Made by a program: the position numbers and the translations under genes. A DNA stretch of 63,540 nt, the filler included, from Kipferlia bialata (lineage: Eukaryota): assembly GCA_003568945.1 (NCBI GenBank). It is 4 parts of 4 records of this genome, joined end to end, with 100 filler letters (N's around TTAATTAATTAA, not from the genome) between each part and the next. Parts side by side here need not be neighbours in the genome. Positions count along the whole stretch, not along the records: positions 38,008 to 56,906 come from BDIP01000455.1; positions 57,007 to 63,540 come from BDIP01000481.1; 2 more parts are not named here. The stretch is one strand, 5' to 3'. Shown here in pieces: positions 52,919 through 63,540 of this stretch (position 1 is the stretch's first letter; the number at the start of each line of letters is the position of its first letter). The notes under the pieces were generated by a model, which was given only the letters and a program-made list of their open reading frames with translations, did not search any database and was not told where the DNA came from.

Positions 52919-54998
52919 ATGCCTGGCCTTGATCTGCATCATATTAATAGTACCATTGATGTCAGCCATGCTGCACCTTCAGAGAAAGGCGACAGAGCCC
53001 ATGGGAAGAGTGTTGGGACTCGTGATGCCCCCTCTCTTGGGATTGACCCCCTCTCCCACGTGAGGTCAGGGTTGGGTGAGTCACTGTGGGCTGGCAGGTA
53101 TTCATCACTCTCTGACCTGCTTGAGGCACTGGATAGCCACACGGGTCTTGTATGGGACACGGCAACAGGTATGGCATGGTGGTTGTGTCATGATGCCATC
53201 ATGATGATGGTGCAGTCTCTGCTTGACAAAGTGATGTTCATGTTGCTCTCAACATCGTGTATTTGTGTTGTTCTCAATCAGTCTTCCATGTTTACTCCCA
53301 ATACTATCTTATAACCAGCTACACCTACAGTCCCAGTTGCGAGAGAGAGACCCACAAGGCTAGGTCTGCCACCTGTGCATGGGTATGAGGCAGATATGGA
53401 TAGGATGAGAAGGCGTCGGAGGCATCTGAATGCTAGGAGGCAGGCTGAGATCGGGGGTAGAAGGGAAACCGAGGATACACCGCGGTTCCAGAGATATGTG
53501 CCTATGGGACATGGTACCAGAGGTATGGGGTAATGAGATGCTAGAGAGGAATGGTTCACTACGACCTTCAGTGCTAAAGTGCTTCAGTGTGATACTAAGA
53601 GGTGTCTTGTCGTGATTATCAATGGTAGATTGATAATGCAGTCACAACTATACTCTAGAAGTGTAGCATACTTGTGCTCCTCTCCATAAGCTACGCGATC
53701 TGACCACCAGTTGGTCCCATCACCATCTGCTGTGGGGGCTGCATAGGGTGTGCTCTAGAGGTTGAGGTGGATGCTGAGGGGATGTACTCCCTTGGGCCAT
53801 TCTCTACCAAGGGCACCAGGACCCTGGACACACACAGCGACAGGTGTCCATTCCAGAACGGTACGGAGTGCCCAATACTCTGACACCACAATTATGTGTA
53901 GTAGACCTTGATAATTACCCAATCACTGTTGCCATCTTAACCTCATAGGCTGCTCCTCCATCCTGGCCAGGGGCCACCGTGTCCATGGCCTACCCAGGGC
54001 CGGGTGGCTGCTGATAGGGTCTGTGGGACCCGTCACGGTATGGGGGGAGGCAGACCCAGAGAGGGTGCACTTAGTGAGATTGACGTCTGACCCATACGCC
54101 AAGACAGACGTGGCACCCACCTACAACACCGTCACTCTGCCAGTCTGTGACTACACAGGTGACTGCTGGCATGGTGTGTGTGAGGCAGGGGTCGCTGTGG
54201 ATAGTGGTCTCATGTACATCCCTGTCAGTGCTGGTGAATGGCCAGACTGTTACGCCGGTGTTGTGTGCATATCCCAGGAGACCCTTGAGTGCAACCAGAT
54301 GGGCTCAGCTGTGTATGGGCACCACCCCTCATCCATCTTTGTACTCGACGGTGACCTGTACATGATATCAAGAGGTGAGGTCGCAGCATGGCAGATGCTA
54401 CTGTAGAGTCACTCTACACCTTGTCGTCCTCCCAAGACCATATCAACCATATCAACCGTATACATAGTCATTAACCCCAGTGGCTGTCGATGAGAACAGT
54501 GACCGATTCATGTGCCACAGACTCTGCACCCAATATCACAGATGGGTGGATGTGTCGATACCAATGGCACTCAGCAATGAGTCTGCCACCCTCCAGTGCA
54601 TACCCCCAGTAGTGTCTGTGCTAGAGGGTGTGGCATACCTGCTCAGGGGCAACTACCTCCACACATACAGCAGAGACAGGGGGTGGCAGAGTGAGAGGGT
54701 GAGGGGGCCAAGTGCCAGTGGGCATAGCAGGACCGAGGTAGTGGGTAGGAGACTGGTCAGGATGGCCTCCTCCCTCTCTGGCACCACCATGCATGTGTAT
54801 GACACAGTCTCTGGGGATACATACTCCAGGGAACTCCTTCCACGCATCAGATGCCCCACCGTGGTAGGCTGTGAGGGTGGTGTGTTGATAGTGAGTGGAG
54901 GCACTACTAGAGAAGTGTCTCGATCAGTCCGATCGAGGGCGCCAACCTCTCTCTACCGCTTTGACCTGACAGACATCATACAGACAATATACATGTGA
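52919..54998 (+). CDS. Kelch-like beta-propeller family protein with conserved N-terminal module (copy 3)
   Basis: Exon 1 reads …LWAGRYSSLSDLLEALDSHTGLVWDTAT. Later: IFVLDGDLYMI, VSVLEGVAYLL, HTYSRDRGW, EVVGRRLV, HVYDTVSGD, GVLIVSGG, LYRFDL. Confidence 0.7.
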
Positions 54999-55270
54999 AG
55001 GTGTAGAGTATAAAGACCAACACAAACGGAAAGATCCCACTTCTACGAATCTATCTATTACTAATAGTGTCCATGCAGACACGCCTATATATATATGTCG
55101 GTCAAAGACCGGATCTAACAATGCCCATGAAGCAATTGATGGTTTAGCTAAGTTACACCCGCACAGTCTCCACATACACCTAAATGTCTGGTATACATAG
55201 CAGAGCCACACGTTGCAGTGAGAGATGAAGTCTCTCTGTCTAGTCTATCAGAAGTGTGTGAGTGCAGCCT

Positions 55271-56906
55271 CTACTCCAGAGTGGCGTCTGCCTCATCAGC
55301 CTGCTCTGTCACACTACGCATCCTACACAGTGAGGGGGAGAGGGGGTAGGAGGGGGAGAGGGGGATTGGGGATAGTGTAGAGTGGACTATTCACACGTAT
55401 CCGACCCACCTCTTGTCACCGAGGGGCTCGTCAAACAGGACGGCTGGGATCTCAATACCGTTGTCGGCCAGAATGCCTGCAGTGCTGGGGGTCAGTACTA
55501 TGTACACAATGTACAGATATCACGTACTATATGTACATATATGTTCACGTACTCGTCTCTGAAGTGCTGTCTGAACCGGGGGTATGTCTCCATGAGGTAT
55601 CTGACAGTGGCCACACATCTCTCGATGGGGTCGTCACCAACCCTGGCCTCTCTCCTCACATCCCTGGGTGGTCAGAAAGACATGGAGAAGAAGAGAGAGG
55701 TGGATAGTACCAGAGTGTAACAGCAAGCACCACCCCAGCTGTTGGCCTCTGCCACTTGATATATATATATATACATGTGTATATACAAATATATATATAT
55801 ATACATTAATTTACGCCATACCTATTGGCAGCTGCCATGAACACGTCCTCCAGCTGCGTCTGCTTCAGAGACCACGTGTGCAGGCCTGGGGGGTGAGATG
55901 GGGGTAGACATAGACATAATTGGTGGATAATTGTGTAACACCAAACAGACTAGTCTCCAGACATATCTGCCCTCCATACCTGGCACGTCCTCGGGCAGGT
56001 TGAGCTCCCTTAGCACAGAGGTGTCTCTGGCCCTGCCACCTGTGGGGCAGAGGGCCTCGAAGATGCTGGGGGTGAGGGGGTATACCATAGGTGTGATATG
56101 AATATCAGACTGGTGTTATTGCAACAGACATATCACTGCACCCACCCTAGGATCATGACGATGTCGTCATCAGTGGCCACCAGGAACTCGCACTGGGTGT
56201 CTGTGGGGGGGAAGAGGGTAGCGGAGGGGGAGACTGGGGTGAGGAAATGGAGGGGTGGAGTTGAGACACTATACACTATACAGAGATACTCAGACTGGTA
56301 TGGTCGGATACGCGCATATCCCATCTATTGTTACATGTATACAATGAACAAAGTAACATGCCCCCCAACTTGTGCTGATCATGGATGCCAGAGTGGTATC
56401 TGATTTGTACATATACATGTATTATATACATATACACTATATGTATCCATAACTGTACCTGTGCTGATCATGGATGCCAGGCTCCTGGCTGTCTCGTCTC
56501 CAGCAATGTCACACACAATGCGGTATCTGGGGTCAGGGGAGGAGACACACCATAGTGGTGTAGAGTGTACTATCACTCTGCCTCACCCACTGCCGAATCT
56601 GGTCTTGAGTCTGACTGGGCTGCCCAGACACATCATGGAGCCCTCCCTGACAGTGAGAGATGATACGAGAGGAGTGTATAGAATGACATCAACAGGATTA
56701 CAACAGTGCTACCCACCTCACAATGGCGATGGTGTCTGCCAGCGTGTCCACCTCCTCCATGGAGTGAGAGCACAGGACAACGGTGCGGTGCCTGGGGGTA
56801 GTATATACAACGGAGTAGATACCAAGCACACACACCCACACTCACTTAGCAGCCTCTGCGATGATCTCCCACATGTGCCTCCTGGAGTTGGGGTCGAGGG
56901 AGGAGG
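55271..56906 (-). CDS. ABC transporter subfamily A, C-terminal part (NBD end and regulatory domain); 5'-truncated by contig end
   Basis: LDPNSRRHMWEIIAEAA|…HRTVVLCSHSMEEVDTLADTIAI|…MCLGSPVRLKTRFGSG|YRIVC…WSLKQTQLEDVF match the ABCA H-loop (HSMEE) and LEDVF signatures. Confidence 0.9.
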
Positions 56907-57006
56907 NNNNNNNNNNNNNNNNNNNNNNNNNNNNNNNNNNNNNNNNNNNNTTAATTAATTAANNNNNNNNNNNNNNNNNNNNNNNNNNNNNNNNNNNNNN
57001 NNNNNN
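56907..57006. other. Artificial contig linker
   Basis: N44-TTAATTAATTAA-N44. Confidence 0.98.
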
Positions 57007-57081
57007 CACATCTACATGGGCTCCATGTGTATATGTCTTGCCACTCCCCCCCCCCCATCCCCGCGCCGATACTACCCTCAG

Positions 57082-57800
57082 GCTGTCTCTCTGTGTGTGC
57101 CACAGACGGTGACCCCACCTCCTCTATATGTGTGGCCATCCCAGTATCACCCCTAGTCACCCCCCCTCCTGCCTCCTCCCACATAGCTGATGCCCCTCCC
57201 ACCCCTTCCCTGGCATCCTATGTCCTTCTGGCATCTATGCTGGGTGGGGGGTCTGCCTTCGAGAGTGGGGGTCCAGGCAGGGGCTTCTTCTCCCTGCTCT
57301 CCTCCTATGCCCTTCCCATGGCTGGGTGCCAGCACGTCAAGGCGTCTGTGCTGCCCTCTGCGCTGCACCAGTCCTCCTTTGCCATAGAGGTAGGGGCCTC
57401 CAACCCCTTTGCCGTGTCCCAGGTGGTGGGTGTGGTGGGGCAGTGTCTGGGCGCAGTCAAGGAGGGCCTGCAGCACAGGGATGCACCAGTGGTTGCCCTG
57501 CTAGACAGGTCTAGACTGATGGCAGAGAGGGTGTACAGGGAGAACGCAGAGTCTGTGCCTGCCCTGAGTACCGATGCCTGTGCCCAACTGTTACATACAG
57601 ACAGGTGGGTGCAGGGGGGGGAGTTCATCAGACAGCTCAAGGAGGCCACACCCGAGAGTGTGTGTGCCGCAGTCTCTGCCATCCAGAGGTGTATAGAGGG
57701 GGGTAGGTGGAGTGGGGGGTATGCAGTGGGTAGTGGGGGTCAGGAGCAGGGTATGCTCTCTGACACAGGCATAGCAGCAGCCCTGCTACAGTCACTGTGA
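57082..57800 (+). CDS. PMPCA: Mitochondrial processing peptidase alpha subunit (M16B), terminal exon
   Basis: Acceptor CTACCCTCAG at 57081. LASYVLLASMLGGGSAFESGGPGRGFFSLL matches the alpha-MPP glycine-rich loop (LxGGGxSFSAGGPGKGMxSRL), followed by an M16 C-terminal-like region. TGA at 57798-57800. Confidence 0.8.
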
Positions 57801-58003
57801 GACACATAATAGCATAGATCGAAAGCAAGTATACTGATTGACGCTGTAAGTGTTACAAACTCTATTACAAATTACACCATACTCATACAACCATATTACA
57901 CGGACACACTAGATATGGGCACCGCAAGTACCAACCAAAAGGCACGTCGGCTATTATCCCACCAACACCAAACTACCAAACTCATCTCTTTCTGCTCTCC
58001 CCT

Positions 58004-59960
58004 CTACCGCCTCCTGCTCTTAGGCTGGGGCTTGTCGGTGTCCCTGTGCCTCACCCCAACCTCAACCAGCTGGGAGGCAGGGACCGGCTGCATCAGGGCA
58101 GCTGCCGGCATGGACACGGGCACTGTCATGCCCTGACCCTGCCCCTGGTCTGGGGTGGCCTGGGGGTATGACTGGGGGCGGGTGTGTGCCACGGCGGTGT
58201 GGGTCAGGGGCTGGGTCCTGTTCATGTTGGGGTTGGCAGAGGACCTACTATCGTTACGCCCTGAGGAGGCAGGGTCCCGCTGGGGGGCAGCGGGGGCTGG
58301 CTCAGCATAGGACACTGACGCTGTGGGTGCAGGGGAGGCAGCAGGGGCAGCATACGCAGTGGCAGTGGCAGAGGGGGCAGAGGAGCGTGCCTGGCCTGGC
58401 TCCCTCTGGGCAGCAGCAGGGGCAGGGGGCACGTAGGCAGAGGCCGAGGCCACCCTACCCGAGGAGGCAGGGTCCCTCATCGAAGCAGCAGGCGCAGGGG
58501 CGGCATAGGGGGAGGAGGGGGCGGCGGCGGGGGCAGGTGCGCCTCTGCTGTCCTTCTTCTGTCTGGGCTGGGCACCAGGCATGGGCTGGGACGATGGCTG
58601 CATGGTGTGCCTCACCCCAGAGGCCCTGTGCCTGTAGGCAGACAGGGACAGAGGCCGGGACAGGTGGGGGCTGCGGGACCGCTGCTGCTTCCCCCCCGAT
58701 GGGTCTCTGATGGGGTCTGCTGGCTGGTGGAACAGGGCAGAGTTCATGGAGGAGCGGGACGGCATGGTCTCGGGTCTGATGGACCGGGGAGCAGCCACAG
58801 GCTCAGGCTCGGCCTCTGCCTCTGCCTCTCCCTCTCCCTCCATGTGCATATCGGCCAGACTCATCGCACCCATGTCCCCAGCCTCAGAGGCAGGGACGGG
58901 GGCTGCCTCGCCCTCACCCACATCCTCCAGCACAAGTCCATCCTCGGTGAGGGTGGCTGGCACAGGCTCGTCCCTGGCCGTGGTGTATGCCTTGCTGGCA
59001 CTGCTACCGACAAAGGTCATGGGGGCAGCGGGGGAGGCCTCGGGGGCAGGGCTCTGGCACCCATACATGCCAGATGCACTCTGGCTGGCTATCCTGGCCT
59101 TGGACACACTGGATGACAGACGGCGCTCCCTCAGAGTGACCTTGGCCTCCTCACTAGTGGTGAGACACTACACTGTGTACATATGAGGGGTGATTGAACT
59201 ACAAACAATAGACGGCAAGTGGACATGGTCCCTGACGCATGAATAGGATAATATCACATATATAGCCAACACACCTCGAGAAGGACCTGGGGTTCCTGGT
59301 GCCCATTCTGGCCCTAGGGCTAGGGGCATGCGTCATGTCCTGGGGGGTCCTCCCAGTCCTAAGGTGTCAGAAGGCAGTAATGTAACACAAGAATAGCAGG
59401 TGCCACAACAGAGCAGTACCCACCCATACCTCAGCTCCTTGGGCACCTCCCCTGTGTTCCTTCTCCTCACCGATGGGCTCTGGCTCCTGACCCCGTTGTG
59501 GAGGGTGGCAGGACGCTGGCCAAACGCCACACCTGCAGGCCGCTGCCTGTTGACAGCACGTGTCTGGGACATAGACGCAGCCTCCCTGGCCTCAGCCTGT
59601 GCCTTCCTAACAGCCACAGGGCTCCTCTGGGCCATCACTGGGGACTTGGGAGCACTAACTGCCGGGGATCTGGTAAAGTGAGTGACCAATCATATCAAAG
59701 AACCAGTATGAGGTACAGTTGTCGGACTTCACCAGTCTAGCATGATGCTTATCCAATACAACGTGGAGTCATACATATGTTCTATGCATAAATACAACAC
59801 ATAGACATGCATAGAGAGTATATCATACCTCATTGTCTCAGCCTTGTACACGGCCTGGGAACCAGTGAACGATCTGTCACCCAGGTTTGACACAGTCATT
59901 GATGGGACAGTGTGGGTCTCCCCAACACCGTGTGCTACGGATCCGGAGTTGCGAGTGTCC
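58004..59960 (-). CDS. Pro/Ala/Ser-rich, probably disordered hypothetical protein; start uncertain
   Basis: 367-aa terminal ORF with repeated (Q/M)RDPASSGR and PAPAA motifs. Spliceable upstream exons at ~59275-59361, ~59431-59670 and 59829-59854. Confidence 0.65.
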
Positions 59961-60355
59961 CTGGAGTAAGATTAGAAGAATATAGAGAACTACGCAGATA
60001 ACGATGGCGAAACGCAACATCAGTAAAACAACAATAGAACATGGAGATAAGACCAATTCCACCCTGTCTAGATGAGGGAATGTCGTGAGAGTCGCAAAAG
60101 CCACCTCAAAAGCTATCAACGATACTCTCAAGGCAAAATACGGTTCCACAACAGACAACCAAGTGCAGTATTACCTGTGATGGGTCGGAGACAGCTGAAA
60201 CGCACTCATCAATGTGGCAATGTGAAGACACGCTGGGTAAAAGCAGCTGAATCAGAGGTCTGTCAGCACCTCACCTTTTTTGGAGAAAGAACAAGGGGCC
60301 AGAACCTTCGTCGCACCACAGTCCACCTATACACTCTCTAGAGCCATAGGGAGAC

Positions 60356-60716
60356 ATGTCCTACTTCCAGACACAGAAAGCTCAGCCAGAGGAGCCCTCT
60401 ACACTTAAGGTGGTAGGGAGGAAGGTGGAGGCAGTTGCCAAGCCAGTCCTCAAGGTATTCCAGCTTCATAAGACAGGGTTCCCAATGTGTCTGGTGCTAC
60501 CTCACTCTGGTGTCAGGCTGTCTCAGCCACTGTTTATATTCCTCGTGTCTGTTTGTACCGGATAATGTTAGTTAATGTAAGTGTTCTCTGCTATTGAGTT
60601 ACCCTCTGACCCTCTCCCACCATCAGTATGGCTTCATCCCCCTAGTTGTCATTCTGGGCATGAGACGCAGCCACCCTAGGCCAACCCTGAGCCAGATATT
60701 CAACCCCGTTCCATAG
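60356..60716 (+). CDS. TOM7: Tom7-like subunit of the mitochondrial outer-membrane translocase (62 aa, 2 exons)
   Basis: Exons 60356-60454 and 60627-60716 (phase-0 GT-AG) give MSYFQTQKAQPEEPSTLKVVGRKVEAVAKPVLKYGFIPLVVILGMRRSHPRPTLSQIFNPVP*. This has the Tom7 signature YG(F/W)IP-hydrophobic-G…PxP…P. Confidence 0.85.
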
Positions 60717-61075
60717 ACACTCCAGCCACCATTTGAACTGGAGGGAGCACAGCCATATAGAATGGCTTAGAGTCAGAGCCTCTCAGTGACAGTGTCATGC
60801 TGTTCTATGACATCAGGGCTGTTTTGGACCACCTGGGACTCTGAGTAGCAGGCTATCGTACTGCATTCATATCAATATATTCCTTACTTCATGAGCGGTT
60901 ATGTGTCTTGGCCCTAGTGGTGTTCTACAGTGTTATGATTACTTATTGATTAGACTCTCTGATAGGCTATCAGTGATAGGGACCGACACACACGTCTGGT
61001 AATTTAGATACATCTACTGATCAATACAATCTTACTGTTCTTCTGTAAGAATCACTTCCCTCTCTCCGTCTCTGC

Positions 61076-63471
61076 TTATGCGAATGCCGAGTAGTCATCG
61101 TACTGGGGCCTGATGTCGAGGGGGATGCCAAGGGCACTGATGGCATCCAGGGCCAGGGTGACAGAGTCCGGCAGATCATACCCCCTGGACAGCCAGGCAA
61201 CGGCACCGTCCACATCTCCCCTGTCCTCGAACCCCAGCACATCAGTGAGCATGTCCTCAACAGCTGCACCGTACAGAGCAGTGTCAATGGTGAAGACGCC
61301 GTTGCCCTCGGCACTCTCCCTAACGCCATTGCCTGGGGGTTAGGGACAGAGGGCGACGGCATTGTAATACTACTAGTAAACACTCACTCAATCATTCTAC
61401 TATATATGTACACACATGCACCCACCGTCCATGAGTCCCACCAGGGTGGCTGCCACAGCTAGGCCATGTGCCTCAGAAGTGCCGAAGCGGATGGACCGGA
61501 AGGCAGATGCGGCGTATGTGATGTAGACATCGGACAGGAACTGGTCGCAGGAGGGGTATGCATCCATGCCGGGTGTCAGCTCAAAGGCTGCGTTGCGGCA
61601 TGGGATGGCCAGGCCCTGGGCCGGGGTCTGGTTGGCAGCCAGGTATGCGATGGAGTGCAGAGAGCCCAGGTCACCCTTGGCCTCCTCAATGCCACTGGGG
61701 TGAGGGGGGTAGGGGAGATAGTGTGTATTGTGGGACCCACCTGTATGTGCTGCCCAGGACGTCCCTCACTGGCTCTCCTGCTGTGGTTGTGATGGGGCCC
61801 AGGGCATGGGCAACCTGGGGGTGAGGGGAGAGAGAGAGAGAGAGAGAGAGAAGGCTTTCCCTACCTCGTGGCTGATGGTGTGCTGGAAGGCTGCGTCGAA
61901 TGTGACCCCGTCTGCCTCGTCTGGGGTGATGACCCTCTCTCCGATGGGCCTCAGGATGACGTCGTACTTGGCCTGCTGCACATTGCGCAGCATGGTCTGC
62001 TTGGAGCCTAAGGGTCAGATGGGATAGATAGATAGAGGATAGATAGAATAGGCCTAAGGGTCAGAGGATAGAGGTGCCATATGGGTGTAATGGGGTTGTA
62101 TGCATCGTACCGAGGTCGTTGGGTGTGGGGACGTTGGGCAGGTTGAAGGCCATGGTCTGGGAGGCCTGGGGGTGAGGTAGGTAGGAGTGGAGAGGTACTA
62201 AATATCTTTAGATATATATAGATACATAGGAAGGTCCTATCACTCCATCCCCACCTGTCTGGCGTCTCCGGCATTGAAGATGAGGTCGACAATCTTCATG
62301 GCACCGCTGCCCTCTGACACCTCTCCCCTCCTAGACACATAGGGGAGAGAGGCCTCAAGGTCTCCGGCATACTTCCAGTAGTCACCAACCCTGAGGGTTA
62401 GAGGGGATGTACAGGGAGGGGGGACATGCATATTCTGACTACAACGTGTGTCGTGTGACCCTCACCTCTCTGTCTCTGTGACGTCAGTCAGGGACACGTA
62501 GAGCTCATATGCGGCCCTCTTGTTGAGCAGGCCATCGGCATACACCTCGTAAGGACCCACAGTGACCTCGAGGACACTGGTGGGGTTGACCTGAGAGTGA
62601 GAGGGGGGAGACCAGAGACAGAACCTAAGCTACTATCCCCCACCTGCAGCCATGTCTCGTCACTGGGCCCGTAGTCATCTGACATGAATGCATCGGCTCT
62701 GTCAGTGAGGTAGTCGGACAGAGACTTGTCAGAGACAGAGGCTGCGGCAGTGTTGAGCTGGTAGATGACGTCTCCCAGGTACTCGGCATATGGCTTGTAC
62801 TCGTGGTAGTACTGGCAGGCATACATGTTGGCACCCCCGTTGGAGCCATCAACAATCACTGAAGGGGTCAGAGAGGGGGGGGGGGTGATGAGAAGACAAT
62901 GCCTCGTGTACACCCACTTCTATACACTAACAACACCATCCACATGTCGGTACCAGTATCAGTCCACAAACCATATACCCAATAGTACCCACCTGAGAAC
63001 GCACTGTCTGCACAGTCGGCCTGCTCTCCAGAAAGGGTGTCCCTCCAGGTGGAGTAGACATCAGAGGTGTCGATGGTCACGGGGTAGAAGCCACCGCCTG
63101 GGGGGTGAGGGAAGGGAGTCAGGTCTCATCATGATAACTGTGGAGACACATATGATATCAAGATATGTATGTATATACCTGGGGGTGCAGGGTTGGGGAT
63201 GGAGGCCGCAGAGAGGAATGCCCTCTTCTCGTTGAGCATGTCATAGGGGCCATAGTTGATGTCGAAGAAGGCTGGGGGTTGGGAGGGTAGGAGAGAGAGA
63301 GAGAAGAATCAGAACAAACAAGACATCCACCCCTCCGCACCTAGGGCTGCAGTCCAGTCCCCGTCTGCCTCGTCCTCCTTGTCGGCCTTCCTGACCAGCT
63401 CCTTCCTCACAGCCGGGTTGTCACTCAGGGTCTGCAGCAGGAACAGCTGGTCAATGGCATCGCCAGCGGCC
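61076..63471 (-). CDS. Peptidase M49 (dipeptidyl-peptidase III), HExxH type; 5'-truncated by window end
   Basis: Spliced: VDLIFNAGDARQ|ASQTMAFNLPN, MLRNVQQAKYDVILRPIG, FQHTISHE|VAHALGP, |SGIEEAKGDLGSL, AFRSIRFGTSEAHG, GIPLDIRPQY. TAA at 61078-61076. Confidence 0.9.
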
Positions 63472-63540
63472 TAGGGTCAGAGGGACAAAACAGAAGGGGG
63501 GGGGGGGGGGGGGGGGGGTGGGTGAAGCGGGGGAAAACAC

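Noticed and set aside
1..63540. tRNA, rRNA, snRNA genes and autonomous transposons
   Set aside because: None were recognisable by eye. Small ncRNAs cannot be excluded without covariance-model searches.

Overview
Intron-rich eukaryotic genomic DNA. Three artificial 100-bp linkers (N44-TTAATTAATTAA-N44 at 18908-19007, 37908-38007, 56907-57006) join four unrelated contigs, three of them about 18.9 kb. The features suggest a free-living fornicate metamonad such as Kipferlia bialata (inference): GT-AG introns ending in CT(C/G/A/T)ACCCC(C)AG, (TA)n/(GA)n-filled introns, an expanded kelch family and mitochondrion-related-organelle genes. Genes were rebuilt by manual splicing. Contig 1: two related coiled-coil genes and a secreted-protein fragment. 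Contig 2: a Crinkler/RHS-like effector kinase, two kelch-family genes and a large FG-GAP/Ig-like surface protein. Contig 3: a double-SWIM protein, an MDR oxidoreductase, a large enzyme fusion, a metallophosphoesterase, a third kelch gene and the 3' end of an ABCA transporter. Contig 4: the 3' end of alpha-MPP, a low-complexity protein, a 62-aa Tom7 candidate that the ORF track misses, and an HExxH-type DPP III. Two items stand out. The first is a ~1,400-1,700 aa spliced fusion of an uncharacterised TIM-barrel-like domain, a LOG nucleotide nucleosidase, ribose-5-phosphate isomerase A and a HAD phosphatase, possibly a one-polypeptide nucleotide-to-pentose pathway. The second is the Tom7 candidate. 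All family calls come from motif recognition; no database search was run.
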